From a virus (Duplodnaviria; Heunggongvirae; Uroviricota; Caudoviricetes): DNA of 64,000 nt. Below are positions 49,801 to 58,731 of this stretch, in pieces. The translations under genes and the position numbers were made by a program. The notes beneath the pieces are model-generated. The model saw nothing but the letters and a program-made list of their open reading frames with translations. It searched no databases and had not been told where the DNA came from. Position 1 is the stretch's first letter. Each line of letters starts with the position of its first letter. The stretch is taken from positions 256,001-320,000 of IMG/VR virus record IMGVR_UViG_3300020045_008999. One strand, 5' to 3'.

Positions 49801-50422
49801 GGCTAAATTTTTTAAAAGTTTGAGTAATCCATTTACACTTCCTAAAAAAATATCAGAATTCGTAAGTTTCCAATGGGTATTAGAATTATTTTCAAAAGAG
49901 GGCATAATGAAAGCACTTGGTATGAAAATAAATATACCAGGCTTGAAGAAATTGATCAATTCAAGTGGTGATGTTGATCTATCCGGTATGATAATTATAC
50001 CATTTATGGCGGCATTGCCAAAATTTAACGCGGATCAATTTAATGATGTTAATTTGAATTCATTAACCGGTGGGGTGCGTTCTATATTTTTAGTAATAGA
50101 GAATATTTTTAATATGTTTATTGATTTGATCTGGGCCATTATGGGACTAGCACCATTACTTAAAAAACGACCATATTTAAATATGTCCGGAGAAATTACA
50201 CCAGACATCACTGGTGATATATCAGACTACATAATCAATATGATATTGGGACAAGAAGACAATCAATTCATCAGGGGGGATGTAAGTTCAACCACTATTT
50301 TGAGATCATTTGTATATGATATAAAATTACCAGATGGTCGAATGATTAAGGACCTGGATCGAGCAGAATTAGATAAGTGGATATCAGATAATGAAAATTT
50401 AAACATTGAACTAAACTTTTAA
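46826..50422 (+). CDS. Large late (probably structural) protein
   Basis: 1198 aa; GAATATATAG 46813-46822; internal duplicated motif YSTGEFDPSVNYDYSY / YSTGDYIEGVDYEYTY. Confidence 0.75.
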   Translation: MAIKFSIPNILSLTSTQPHDGNLLFVPDIKHLVAFVEGNLSEVEQGITGFADIMTKSAISKNLNQCANDEVFNTYKNIAGITLPLENTNYLQNGKFKVPIEDITLSTSANYSGMKALEKSIIESLFESQKPYMAIYKGISQSMIKIEDIVACVLAIGGRSLKPVNNPKALGYVKNRSILVSGLANMELLSNLVPSDIYTKTKPSDLSLITVEESRDVKYSTGEFDPSVNYDYSYEYFNESRIILNDTTVDEDPQDGKPPVVVFGIYNSKGEVLDSVEVPTWLSESGKFFGQFDKQTDFKYKWMKGKTTKYSHTQPEGSKWKRETYQSDTDVNGFLIKKGEAVLYFDKTQTSDHELYNNYFSDEVLKELSNEDLISSDKVKSFDDVKQKILDSSSGSNMIEQLLSMMVNYNYMKLYDGVETPLDKYAFKAKKINYDGKSIWIDPESDYDLKVIKIDSTSAIKYWDVTSKSEIKSEVVFFDSRSIDIYVSDRMTLGSIDNINPTAPRTATTTFSAIVKNNGIAWNSYKDVNMISIPNPLDSDNFTIEVSKIGKSESKHTFVLDDKPGPSERLGIHISNAGKGLNIGQYSMTTQRVTNISNQVMVRDFGKSQSKLIDIALINNDYLKKSTKYSSGEYGQDSQCTIESLIRFMEYGGDVETYYMVEGILSSTNDGLSVDIVGGGKSGRGYYKLKDVVKAVRKFISLLIHLSVKIFPPITKALEIISNPTKLPNFVVDIIRAKIGDDFGAGGVKFETFSSKFINGISIAMSNIDNIKQDINLDFESKRSQIVDHINKTKLKNYFYVNNDLEVKCLLDGESIYELFNITIGIKVSDMIPKLKLYKNKKIGSDAILASGSNLSPEDIEVLKVDSALYKNLSSVTSVSTLSDISVVYSTGDYIEGVDYEYTYVSEKVSEIIQIGEALVESGDLIGALKVYSQYILLDPGNQTIQDKYKNTFDRAGKDYLYEMGLNNPLFDLMLGMISAPIKMVKEIIDYLAKFFKSLSNPFTLPKKISEFVSFQWVLELFSKEGIMKALGMKINIPGLKKLINSSGDVDLSGMIIIPFMAALPKFNADQFNDVNLNSLTGGVRSIFLVIENIFNMFIDLIWAIMGLAPLLKKRPYLNMSGEITPDITGDISDYIINMILGQEDNQFIRGDVSSTTILRSFVYDIKLPDGRMIKDLDRAELDKWISDNENLNIELNF

Positions 50423-50458
50423 GGTGTTTTGTATTATAATAAAAAAATACATTTTACC

Positions 50459-50665
50459 ATGGGCAAAAAAACAAAAGATCATAGAAGAAAAGTTGCTAAT
50501 CGCAATACTACTATTACGAATTCCAAAAAAAGTGCACATAAAATGCAAGAAGAGTTCATTCAACAAATAATCGAACGAGAGAAAAATAATGGTAGTCTTG
50601 GGCATTCTGATATATTATCAGACAGTACCCTTAGTGTTATTGACGTAGATGGACCAATCCTATAA
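50459..50665 (+). CDS. Small basic protein
   Basis: MGKKTKDHRRKVANRN; AAAC-N18-TATAAT 50413-50440. Confidence 0.7.
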   Translation: MGKKTKDHRRKVANRNTTITNSKKSAHKMQEEFIQQIIEREKNNGSLGHSDILSDSTLSVIDVDGPIL

Positions 50666-50667
50666 TT

Positions 50668-51708
50668 ATGAAAAAAAGTGATTTACATATTGGTTTAGTA
50701 ACCGATGATAGTGCTATTAATGAATTTTTATATGTACATGCGGAACTTGGTGTTAGGCCAAGTAAATTGAGTTTGCATATGGATTTTGACACTGATATGT
50801 TTTATGAAGTAGTTAATGCATATTCAATTAATATTATAAATACAGTAACCGATTTACTAGAGGGTGCGGAATGTGTCATCAACAATACTCGTTATTTTGC
50901 ATTCTTATCAAAATCCACTTATATTAGCTTTGTTGTATTAAATGCTAATGATCCGGAAAATTCTGAGGTGACCAATGTGTCATTTTTGTTTCGAAATAGT
51001 GAAACTGAAACAGTAAACACTATTGTTGATAGTTTAGAACCAATAGAAACTCAGGTATCTATTGATGGTATTGAATATCAAAATATGGTAACCCTTGATA
51101 ATGGCACCATAACATTAGAACGATTTGAAATTAGTAAAATAGATCACAGTAATATTTCATATTACTACAATGACGAAGTTTTGGAAGCGGCAAATCAAAC
51201 TATAACAGAAATCAATTCAATAACTAAGGGGATTACAATTGTCAATGGTGATAGAGGGGTTGGTAAAAGTAGTTTAATTAACTATTTAACGACCAAAATC
51301 ACTAAAAATATCATACATGTACCTACTCAAATAGTAGAAATATTTGATACAATTGACATTCATCAATTTTTGAAACACAATACTGATAGTGTTATAGTAA
51401 TAGATGATTTTGATCTAGATTTATACCAAAGTACCAAAATAATGAATTCCATAGTGCAGTTGGTAGATGGATTTAGGGCCAATTGTTATAATATACAATT
51501 TATATTATGTTCCAATTTTGTAACTGATTTTACAATTTTATCAAATGCTAACAATTTACTAAATACGATATTGGTAGAAGATCTAACAGAAATTAAATCC
51601 AAAAAACTATCAAAATTTCTGAAAATTAAACACCAGGTGGGTACGAATAAATTAATACATATTATCAAGGGGACACAAGATAATTGTAAAAAAGAAATAG
51701 GTTACTAG
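50668..51708 (+). CDS. AAA-family ATPase (divergent)
   Basis: GDRGVGKSS Walker A, VIVIDD Walker B, LVDG, ILCSN, terminal EIGY. Confidence 0.75.
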   Translation: MKKSDLHIGLVTDDSAINEFLYVHAELGVRPSKLSLHMDFDTDMFYEVVNAYSINIINTVTDLLEGAECVINNTRYFAFLSKSTYISFVVLNANDPENSEVTNVSFLFRNSETETVNTIVDSLEPIETQVSIDGIEYQNMVTLDNGTITLERFEISKIDHSNISYYYNDEVLEAANQTITEINSITKGITIVNGDRGVGKSSLINYLTTKITKNIIHVPTQIVEIFDTIDIHQFLKHNTDSVIVIDDFDLDLYQSTKIMNSIVQLVDGFRANCYNIQFILCSNFVTDFTILSNANNLLNTILVEDLTEIKSKKLSKFLKIKHQVGTNKLIHIIKGTQDNCKKEIGY

Positions 51709-51709
51709 T

Positions 51710-52030
51710 ATGATTAATAATATGAAAGATGAAGATATATTAGAATATCTTATGACATCTGAATTTACAGATGACATAAGTTCGGAAGAATCTCGCCTAT
51801 TGTTGAGAAAATTCCGCACTCATTATCGCTTAGTTTCAACCAAAAATGAACAATTGGGATATAAAATACAAGAATTGTCCAATGAAATATTAGATTCTGC
51901 AAGAATTTATGAGGAACAACAAAGTATTAAAAATAATGAAATTAGTAGCATGGTCAAGAAATTAGCAACTGAGTTGGAACGTAAATTGACATTGAGAGAA
52001 CGTATAATTGGTAAAATAAATAGAAAATAA
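51710..52030 (+). CDS. Coiled-coil hypothetical protein
   Basis: 106 aa, ends KLTLRERIIGKINRK. Confidence 0.7.
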   Translation: MINNMKDEDILEYLMTSEFTDDISSEESRLLLRKFRTHYRLVSTKNEQLGYKIQELSNEILDSARIYEEQQSIKNNEISSMVKKLATELERKLTLRERIIGKINRK

Positions 52031-53154
52031 TGAAATTAGAAGATTTTAAAAAATTAGAAAACAAAATATCAAATGAAAATTTCCACAGTGGATATGGGAA
52101 TATTGACCGAGTTATGTTCGCACTATCCATATTTGGACATGTCGCTTCGGTATTCTTGGCCTATTTTTTGATATTTAAAACAATATCAAGTGCCGTTGAA
52201 AATGAAATAGTCGCCGGGATATGTACAGTAATTTTATTATGTGGGTTAGAATTATTAAAACGTGAAATATTTGACAAATTTTCTATCCAACATTTGAAAT
52301 TCAAAGCATTGTTTAAAAAAGAAGTGATTCCGCTATTATTGATTAGCTTTTTACTAGTGTCGGTTTCTTTTTATGCTACCATAAATGGTGCTAAGGAATT
52401 TTCGTCAAAAGAAAAGGAAATTGAAGAATTAGCAACCACCCAAATAGATACATTATCTACTGGGATAAAAACGAAGTATGAGACCAAAATTGCACAATAT
52501 GAATCAGAAATAAAATCCACTAAGGAAAAGATTGAGATGAAAGATGCTGAGCAAACTAGTATTGAGAGTGGTGATCGGGTTACCTCGACACAGAGGCAAC
52601 GGGTTAAAGATTTGAAAGATGAAAAACTCACACTAAAAGCAGATATTAGTAAAGCAGAAGCTGATATTGCCGCAATTAAGTTAGAAGCTGATAAAGAAAT
52701 TGCAAAGGTATCAACCGCAATTTTAGACAGTACTGATAAAAAGAAAAATGAAAACAGTTCAAATACCTTAATGTTCATTTTAATTTCTAGTATCGTAGAG
52801 GTTTTAATTGTTGCTGGGGTGTATTTTAATGAATACTACAAACACCGTTCGTATAATGAACACCGAAGTAAATTAGATCGCGATCCAAATTACCAAACAT
52901 GGGTATTGTATAATAGCATATTGGAGTCCATATATAGTGATGAAACTAAAATAAATGACAAATTATCAAGTGCCAAATCGATCATTGAAATTTGTAAAGT
53001 AAATGGTGTTTTAGTTTTACAAAAAGATGTCCTGAATATGATGAAACTATTTAATACAATAGGCATCATTAGAAATAGCGGATCAGTTAAATATATATCA
53101 AAAAGTAAAGAACTGTCCATCGAATTATTAAAAAATCATTTCAAAATAAAATAA
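52030..53154 (+). CDS. Multi-pass membrane protein with coiled-coil loop
   Basis: Three N-terminal TMs, long coiled coil, fourth TM, C-terminal soluble domain. Confidence 0.8.
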   Translation: MKLEDFKKLENKISNENFHSGYGNIDRVMFALSIFGHVASVFLAYFLIFKTISSAVENEIVAGICTVILLCGLELLKREIFDKFSIQHLKFKALFKKEVIPLLLISFLLVSVSFYATINGAKEFSSKEKEIEELATTQIDTLSTGIKTKYETKIAQYESEIKSTKEKIEMKDAEQTSIESGDRVTSTQRQRVKDLKDEKLTLKADISKAEADIAAIKLEADKEIAKVSTAILDSTDKKKNENSSNTLMFILISSIVEVLIVAGVYFNEYYKHRSYNEHRSKLDRDPNYQTWVLYNSILESIYSDETKINDKLSSAKSIIEICKVNGVLVLQKDVLNMMKLFNTIGIIRNSGSVKYISKSKELSIELLKNHFKIK

Positions 53155-53173
53155 TACCATAATTACACATAGT

Positions 53174-53205
53174 AAAAACCCAGGTTTCAAACACTTGGGT
53201 TTTTT
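53174..53205 (+). terminator. Intrinsic terminator
   Basis: AAAAACCCAGGT...ACTTGGGTTTTTT. Confidence 0.8.
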
Positions 53206-53257
53206 GTTTATTTACATTTTTTTGTTTTTATATATAGGATAATAAAATATATGTAAG

Positions 53258-53833
53258 ATGAAGAAATTTAGTAAAGTATCTGGATTTGATGTAGTTAGCA
53301 CCCCAATAGTAACAAATGATAAAACCAATGAGTATAATGACATTCGTGATCTATTAATGGGATTAATTGATAATTCACTTAGGGTGACATCATACGGTTC
53401 TGCTAGGCATGAGATATTACAAACTACTAAAATATCCGGGAAGGAAATGTTAGTAGAATCATTGATTAATATGTTTAAAGATAAAGAAGTTGCTACCAAG
53501 GTAAAAGCATTGGAAGTTTTGAAAGAAAGTGTGAAAGATTGGGAATCAATTGATGCCTCAATTGACAACATGCTGAAAGCAAAGGAATGCTTTACATTTC
53601 TAGTTAATAATGATGATTCAGTGCGCAAATTGGTTCAATTTATGCAACGTACTACCGAAGAATCATTCGAGCCTTTAACCGATATACTTCTAGAGAAATA
53701 TTCTCCATTAGCATTAGATCATAATGTTGAGGTGATTCATAATATGATTATATCTGGCCATTATGACAACAATATGCTTGCTAAATTATCGGATAAATTT
53801 CAAAAATATAAATCAACATCGGATAATGAATAA
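53258..53833 (+). CDS. Hypothetical late protein
   Basis: MKKFSKV; late motif TTTATATATAG about 53226-53237. Confidence 0.75.
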   Translation: MKKFSKVSGFDVVSTPIVTNDKTNEYNDIRDLLMGLIDNSLRVTSYGSARHEILQTTKISGKEMLVESLINMFKDKEVATKVKALEVLKESVKDWESIDASIDNMLKAKECFTFLVNNDDSVRKLVQFMQRTTEESFEPLTDILLEKYSPLALDHNVEVIHNMIISGHYDNNMLAKLSDKFQKYKSTSDNE

Positions 53834-54608
53834 GGAAGCAATCACCCAGGAAATAATTGAGGGAATTACCAATAAGTCAATTATGAATAAATTAATTGAT
53901 GTGGTTTTTGTGCATGATAACCCATGTACAATAACAAACGAAATGACTCATAAGGTAAATGGTGAACTTAAAACGATTACTACTACCCAAACACATACTT
54001 TGAAGTCACACAAAATGATTGTTAAAAACAATCTTATATTTACCGATGAGGTGAATACAACACAGACCATAATGAAGAACACTCACGTATACGATTGTGC
54101 CGCATTGCGTATAAATAGGGAATTCATATCAAGTATTGATTCCTATTCAACTCTGGTGAAGTCATCTGATAGTACTAGATTCAGCATAAGTGGATTATCT
54201 AGGTGGTTCAAAAAACCATCAATCAAAGAACTGATCAATAAAATATTAGATTTTAGCGACGGTCAAGATTGGGTTTTGCTGAATGATGAAACTTATAAAA
54301 TTATCTCAAATTCACCTTATTTTGATTTGGTATCGGTATCCGATAATAATTTATTATCAGGAGTAGGAATCCTTAAAATGTCTGGACGATCGATTTCAGT
54401 TTTTTTAAATCCAAATATTACTAAGAATAAGCGTTCATATACCACTAAAACATTTAATACTAACAAAATCTATACAGGTAAAAATACCTCAGTAAGTATA
54501 ATGATAAAGGATGGATTTGATATAACCATGTTGAATGAAAATGGATATATGATTTCAATAGAGTATAAAATTGTTAAAAATGATGACATTAAGTGCATAA
54601 TTATTTAA
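53826..54608 (+). CDS. Degenerate major-capsid (gp23/gp24)-like paralogue candidate
   Basis: ELINKIL...DWVLLNDETYKIISNSPYF...GVGIL...ISVFLNP...KIYTG; start ATG 53826. Confidence 0.5.
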   Translation: MNKEAITQEIIEGITNKSIMNKLIDVVFVHDNPCTITNEMTHKVNGELKTITTTQTHTLKSHKMIVKNNLIFTDEVNTTQTIMKNTHVYDCAALRINREFISSIDSYSTLVKSSDSTRFSISGLSRWFKKPSIKELINKILDFSDGQDWVLLNDETYKIISNSPYFDLVSVSDNNLLSGVGILKMSGRSISVFLNPNITKNKRSYTTKTFNTNKIYTGKNTSVSIMIKDGFDITMLNENGYMISIEYKIVKNDDIKCIII

Positions 54609-54618
54609 TATATAGATT

Positions 54619-55989
54619 ATGCAAAAATATTCAGAAAAATATATTAACAATTCAGACATTTTAAAAAATGCCATCATTGGTATGGAATTTGAATTTTTTA
54701 CAAATGAGTTATCTTTCTATAAAACACTGGAACTTTTAAATCAAGAACTCTCACCGGTTAAAGTATGGGGATTCAAAGAATACCACTCAGATTTCAAACC
54801 CGATGCGAATAATTTCAAATTAGAACCCGATTATTCCGGTTCGGCAAATATGTGTGAGTTAATAACCGGACCACTTGATTATTATACAGCTAAATTTTAC
54901 TTGGTAAAAATTCTTAAATTCATTCAAAAGAATGGTTATACTAACGAAAAGTCATCAATACACTATAATATTTCATTTGGAGAGCACGGGAATCTAAATG
55001 ATTTGAATATTTTAAGAATGATTTTGAATATTGATGAAGATGAAATATATAACATATTCCCAAGTCGTAAAGGTAATGTATATGCAAAGAGTGTTCGCAG
55101 CATCGTGCCCTACAGAGACTATGATTTCAATAATATTTCTATAGAAGTGGTTAAAAACACACTTCGTTTACCAAGTGACAAATACTATGGTGTGAATTTT
55201 CTACATATAAATGACGATATCAGCGAACAGCGATTAGAGTTTCGCTATGTAGGTGGTAAAGATTATGATCGTAATATTGGCCATATTACATACTTCATGG
55301 ACAAATTTATCATGAATACCTGGGAATCGATCGGTGTTGGTTTTACTGATGGGGATATAAATGAACTAGAGAAATATTTAGATAAGAATTTATCAAATTT
55401 CAAGAGTTTTGCAACCTATGACAGCTTTTTAGTTGAATTTCCAATGATTGTGATTCAAATCGATCAAATTTCATTATATAGTGTAGTGGCGGCTTATTAC
55501 GACAACATATATAAGGAATTATTTGATTTAATACAAGCAACTGAAAGTCTTGGTGATTGCATCGTAAATTATGTTACTAAAACTCAAAAAATGGAAATTA
55601 TTGATGCAACAATCAATGCAACTAATAATATTTCCGGTTATGATTTTATAGAATGTAATGTAACCAGTGGTATATTCAATGATTGTTTTTTCTACAATAG
55701 TGATGTAAAGGAATCACAATTATTGAACTCTAAAATAGACGGGTGTGAGGTTTTGAATTCCAAGGTGATAAATTCCATTGTGGAATCATCTAATTTGAAT
55801 TCTTGTTTTTTTATGAATGGTTATTTGAATAGTAATATGGAAGGTGGGGTATTCAGAAGTGGGAAATTAGGACCATATGCATATATTAGCTCAACTACCA
55901 AAATAATAACAGAAACCGGAAACTTCTTTGATACCACATATGATGCTGGTGACAAAGGGAAAGGGAAAATGGGACCATATGAAAAATAA
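54619..55989 (+). CDS. Putative amidoligase (COOH-NH2 ligase type 2) with C-terminal pentapeptide-like beta-helix
   Basis: IGMEFEF, LEPDYS, CELIT, SSIHYNIS, KYYGVN, LEFR; 5-residue repeats; late motif 54604-54615. Confidence 0.8.
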   Translation: MQKYSEKYINNSDILKNAIIGMEFEFFTNELSFYKTLELLNQELSPVKVWGFKEYHSDFKPDANNFKLEPDYSGSANMCELITGPLDYYTAKFYLVKILKFIQKNGYTNEKSSIHYNISFGEHGNLNDLNILRMILNIDEDEIYNIFPSRKGNVYAKSVRSIVPYRDYDFNNISIEVVKNTLRLPSDKYYGVNFLHINDDISEQRLEFRYVGGKDYDRNIGHITYFMDKFIMNTWESIGVGFTDGDINELEKYLDKNLSNFKSFATYDSFLVEFPMIVIQIDQISLYSVVAAYYDNIYKELFDLIQATESLGDCIVNYVTKTQKMEIIDATINATNNISGYDFIECNVTSGIFNDCFFYNSDVKESQLLNSKIDGCEVLNSKVINSIVESSNLNSCFFMNGYLNSNMEGGVFRSGKLGPYAYISSTTKIITETGNFFDTTYDAGDKGKGKMGPYEK

Positions 55990-55996
55990 TAAAAAT

Positions 55997-56383
55997 ATGA
56001 AATATATTAAAACATTTTCATTAAACGAGTCTATAAATGACATACTACCACCAGACAACAGTTATTGTATGTCTAATCCAGAACAATTTACTCGTTTCAA
56101 GGACTTTTACAAAGTGGTGAAAATCGATAATGTAAAACATGTCGGGAAATATCTAAAGGAAATTGCATTAAAAGTTGGAAGTGATAAATCTATTACCCCG
56201 GGTGAAATATTGATGTTTTTCCATAGACATAACGGGATCACTTATCGCATTCAAATATATGAATATACTGACAATTATTTTGCGGTAACTTTTACACATG
56301 CTGCTATGAAAAAAGCATTTATATGCGATGGTGAAGACGGGTTGGTTAAGTTAATAACCGATTTTCAATTATCTTGGATATAA
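55997..56383 (+). CDS. Late protein with capsid-targeting-like N-terminus
   Basis: MKYIKTFSLNES; FICDGEDGL near C-terminus. Confidence 0.7.
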   Translation: MKYIKTFSLNESINDILPPDNSYCMSNPEQFTRFKDFYKVVKIDNVKHVGKYLKEIALKVGSDKSITPGEILMFFHRHNGITYRIQIYEYTDNYFAVTFTHAAMKKAFICDGEDGLVKLITDFQLSWI

Positions 56384-56464
56384 TTACACTATTCAATGAA
56401 CTTTCACCCAGTATATTACTATAATTGTTAATCAATGTATTACATTTGTGCAAACTAATTATTT

Positions 56465-58024
56465 ATGAGTGGGATTCGAAACATCAAGCAAATTATAAAC
56501 AACCATAAGAAAAAATTTGGAAACAAATTTGAAGTGTACTTCCACCAAGATTTAGACGGGGTTTGTTCTGCATTAGCTATTATCAATTATCTAAATAAAT
56601 ATGGAATGGTGTTAGTGGACACTCACATCATTCAATATGGCTCACTCGAATATGCTGTTAAAAATCCTAGGCCGGGATCTATGGCAGTATTAGTTGATTT
56701 TGCTAATTTCAAAACAATATTTTCAATCGCTACTGACCACCACGATAAACAACGAGGTGGTGTATCTGGAACATCACATACTAAACCATCCAGGTCCAAT
56801 GCGGAAACAATTTCAAGGGAAATATCTACTGATATTTTTGTGCATGTTGATGTTGAAATGATACAGACTATTGATTCGGCCAACTTTTTCAAATACAAAT
56901 TAAATCCACTACATATACAAAGTACAGTTTTCACGTTACGTAGAAATTCTTCCCCGGGTAATAATAGATTTAAATTAGGCTTAGCGTGTAATAAAATTTT
57001 ATTATCATATAAGAATAAACGAATTTCAATTGGTGATTATCATAATAAAAATTTACTAGAATGTTTAGTATTAGATTCTACGCCCAGCATGTATTCTATT
57101 TACAATAATCTACAGCGTTATATAAAGAATGCCACTTCCTTGGAATGGAATATGTCTTATCGCTCTCATAATGTGCCTCACCAGATGTTATCTCAGGTAG
57201 AACTGTACAACAATATAAGTGAGTATAAAAAAACGCGAATAAGTACGAAAGATATTCATATTGATTGTGATTTGAATGCAATTATACAGAATGGGATTGG
57301 TGATGTGTTCAAAACCGGATCATATGATAGGTATATTCCATTTGAACATAATCCGAAATGCGATTTCTTAGTTACTTTACTACCCATGGGCTTCATCCAA
57401 GCATCGCGCAACCCATTTATAGAAAGAAATCAAATAGAAATCAATCTAGCGGATGTTACCAAAGAACTATTACATAAACACAAGCATATATTGGAAAATA
57501 TTAATATATCGTTAAGTGATATAAAGCGAATTTATGAAAGCGAGATTGCTAAGATGAAAAGTAAGTTTGGGTCAGATTACTCAGCGATAGGATTTAATTT
57601 TGAAGATCTAAAAAACTACTATACTAATTCCATTATATCATTACCATATAGAAATGATGGTGACTTTAAAACTAGAAACATAATGAATCTCGAAAATGAT
57701 ACATCCATTCAAAAATTAATGGATAAAAAGTATTCACTGTGGACCGAAGTTGATAAAGAATTTATGAATTGGTACAGAATACCAATATTTGATATAATTT
57801 TACAAAATTCAGGTGGACATAAATCGATTACTAATATACAAGGGTTGAATTTCTTGGAATGTCGCCACGACTTATTGAATCGCTATTACAAGACTGAATC
57901 CGCAAATGAAGTTATGGAAATACTGTTTAAGGATTTCGTTAAAATAATGAAAGATATGTACACTACTGATAATTATGAAATGCATAATGATCTTATTCTT
58001 GGTGCAATTGACAATATTGAATAG
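56465..58024 (+). CDS. DHH-family phosphoesterase
   Basis: YFHQDLDG, LVDF, TDHH, SNA, SGGH; both GAAC-N18-TATAAT (56398-56425) and TACATTTG (56441-48) upstream. Confidence 0.85.
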   Translation: MSGIRNIKQIINNHKKKFGNKFEVYFHQDLDGVCSALAIINYLNKYGMVLVDTHIIQYGSLEYAVKNPRPGSMAVLVDFANFKTIFSIATDHHDKQRGGVSGTSHTKPSRSNAETISREISTDIFVHVDVEMIQTIDSANFFKYKLNPLHIQSTVFTLRRNSSPGNNRFKLGLACNKILLSYKNKRISIGDYHNKNLLECLVLDSTPSMYSIYNNLQRYIKNATSLEWNMSYRSHNVPHQMLSQVELYNNISEYKKTRISTKDIHIDCDLNAIIQNGIGDVFKTGSYDRYIPFEHNPKCDFLVTLLPMGFIQASRNPFIERNQIEINLADVTKELLHKHKHILENINISLSDIKRIYESEIAKMKSKFGSDYSAIGFNFEDLKNYYTNSIISLPYRNDGDFKTRNIMNLENDTSIQKLMDKKYSLWTEVDKEFMNWYRIPIFDIILQNSGGHKSITNIQGLNFLECRHDLLNRYYKTESANEVMEILFKDFVKIMKDMYTTDNYEMHNDLILGAIDNIE

Positions 58025-58095
58025 ATATTTTATACACTTATGTCCGAGGGGGGAAGTATATTCTAATATATACTTAAATAAAAATAGTGTAATTA

Positions 58096-58491
58096 ATGGA
58101 GTTCTTTTGTGTATATTGTAAAAATAGAAAAAAGTTTGATAAGTATGTAAAAAGTTGCGCAATCAAACGAAAGTATATCATTGATATTAAGAAAATCATA
58201 GAAGAAGAAGAAATTAGTGATTACAAAAATGACAAAACCTACATAAAAATTCTCATATTAAATAAAATTCAACAAGCAATTGAGAAAAATATGAATATTT
58301 ACTATCTACCTAATTTCGATGATAGTTTTGATTTCGAAAAGTTATTGAATATTAAACAAATAATTGGCAGGGGTAACAATTTCAACATTCTGATATTCTG
58401 GAATGAATTTAGAAATGACCAAGAGATGCTATCGGCGGCAATCGACAATATTCCAAAATTCAACACCTCACAAATAATTAAGGATATTTAA
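58096..58491 (+). CDS. Hypothetical late protein
   Basis: 131 aa; CTAATATATAC 58063-58073. Confidence 0.7.
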   Translation: MEFFCVYCKNRKKFDKYVKSCAIKRKYIIDIKKIIEEEEISDYKNDKTYIKILILNKIQQAIEKNMNIYYLPNFDDSFDFEKLLNIKQIIGRGNNFNILIFWNEFRNDQEMLSAAIDNIPKFNTSQIIKDI

Positions 58492-58731
58492 CTATTTTAA
58501 CAATTCATCAATTCGGCGTGTTCTATATTCACTAAGACTAATAAATCGATGGATGTACATTCTACCAGTAAAACCATCATCTAATACAATTTTCCAGATC
58601 GGTGATGAAGTAAAAGTAAGTACGCCAGTATGCCTGGGAATTTCTTGAATCAAAGTATATTTTTTACCGGTTGTCAATCTACGGGAACTATTCGATGAGT
58701 CTACACATATCACGATATCACCTGGTTTCAT
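58492..58731 (-). CDS. Small SH3/KOW-like early protein with C-terminal RxxxIxxLL motif
   Basis: MKPGDIVICVD...LTTGKKY...RFISLSEYRTRRIDELLK; TACATTTG 58753-58746. Confidence 0.75.
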   Translation of the reverse strand: MKPGDIVICVDSSNSSRRLTTGKKYTLIQEIPRHTGVLTFTSSPIWKIVLDDGFTGRMYIHRFISLSEYRTRRIDELLK

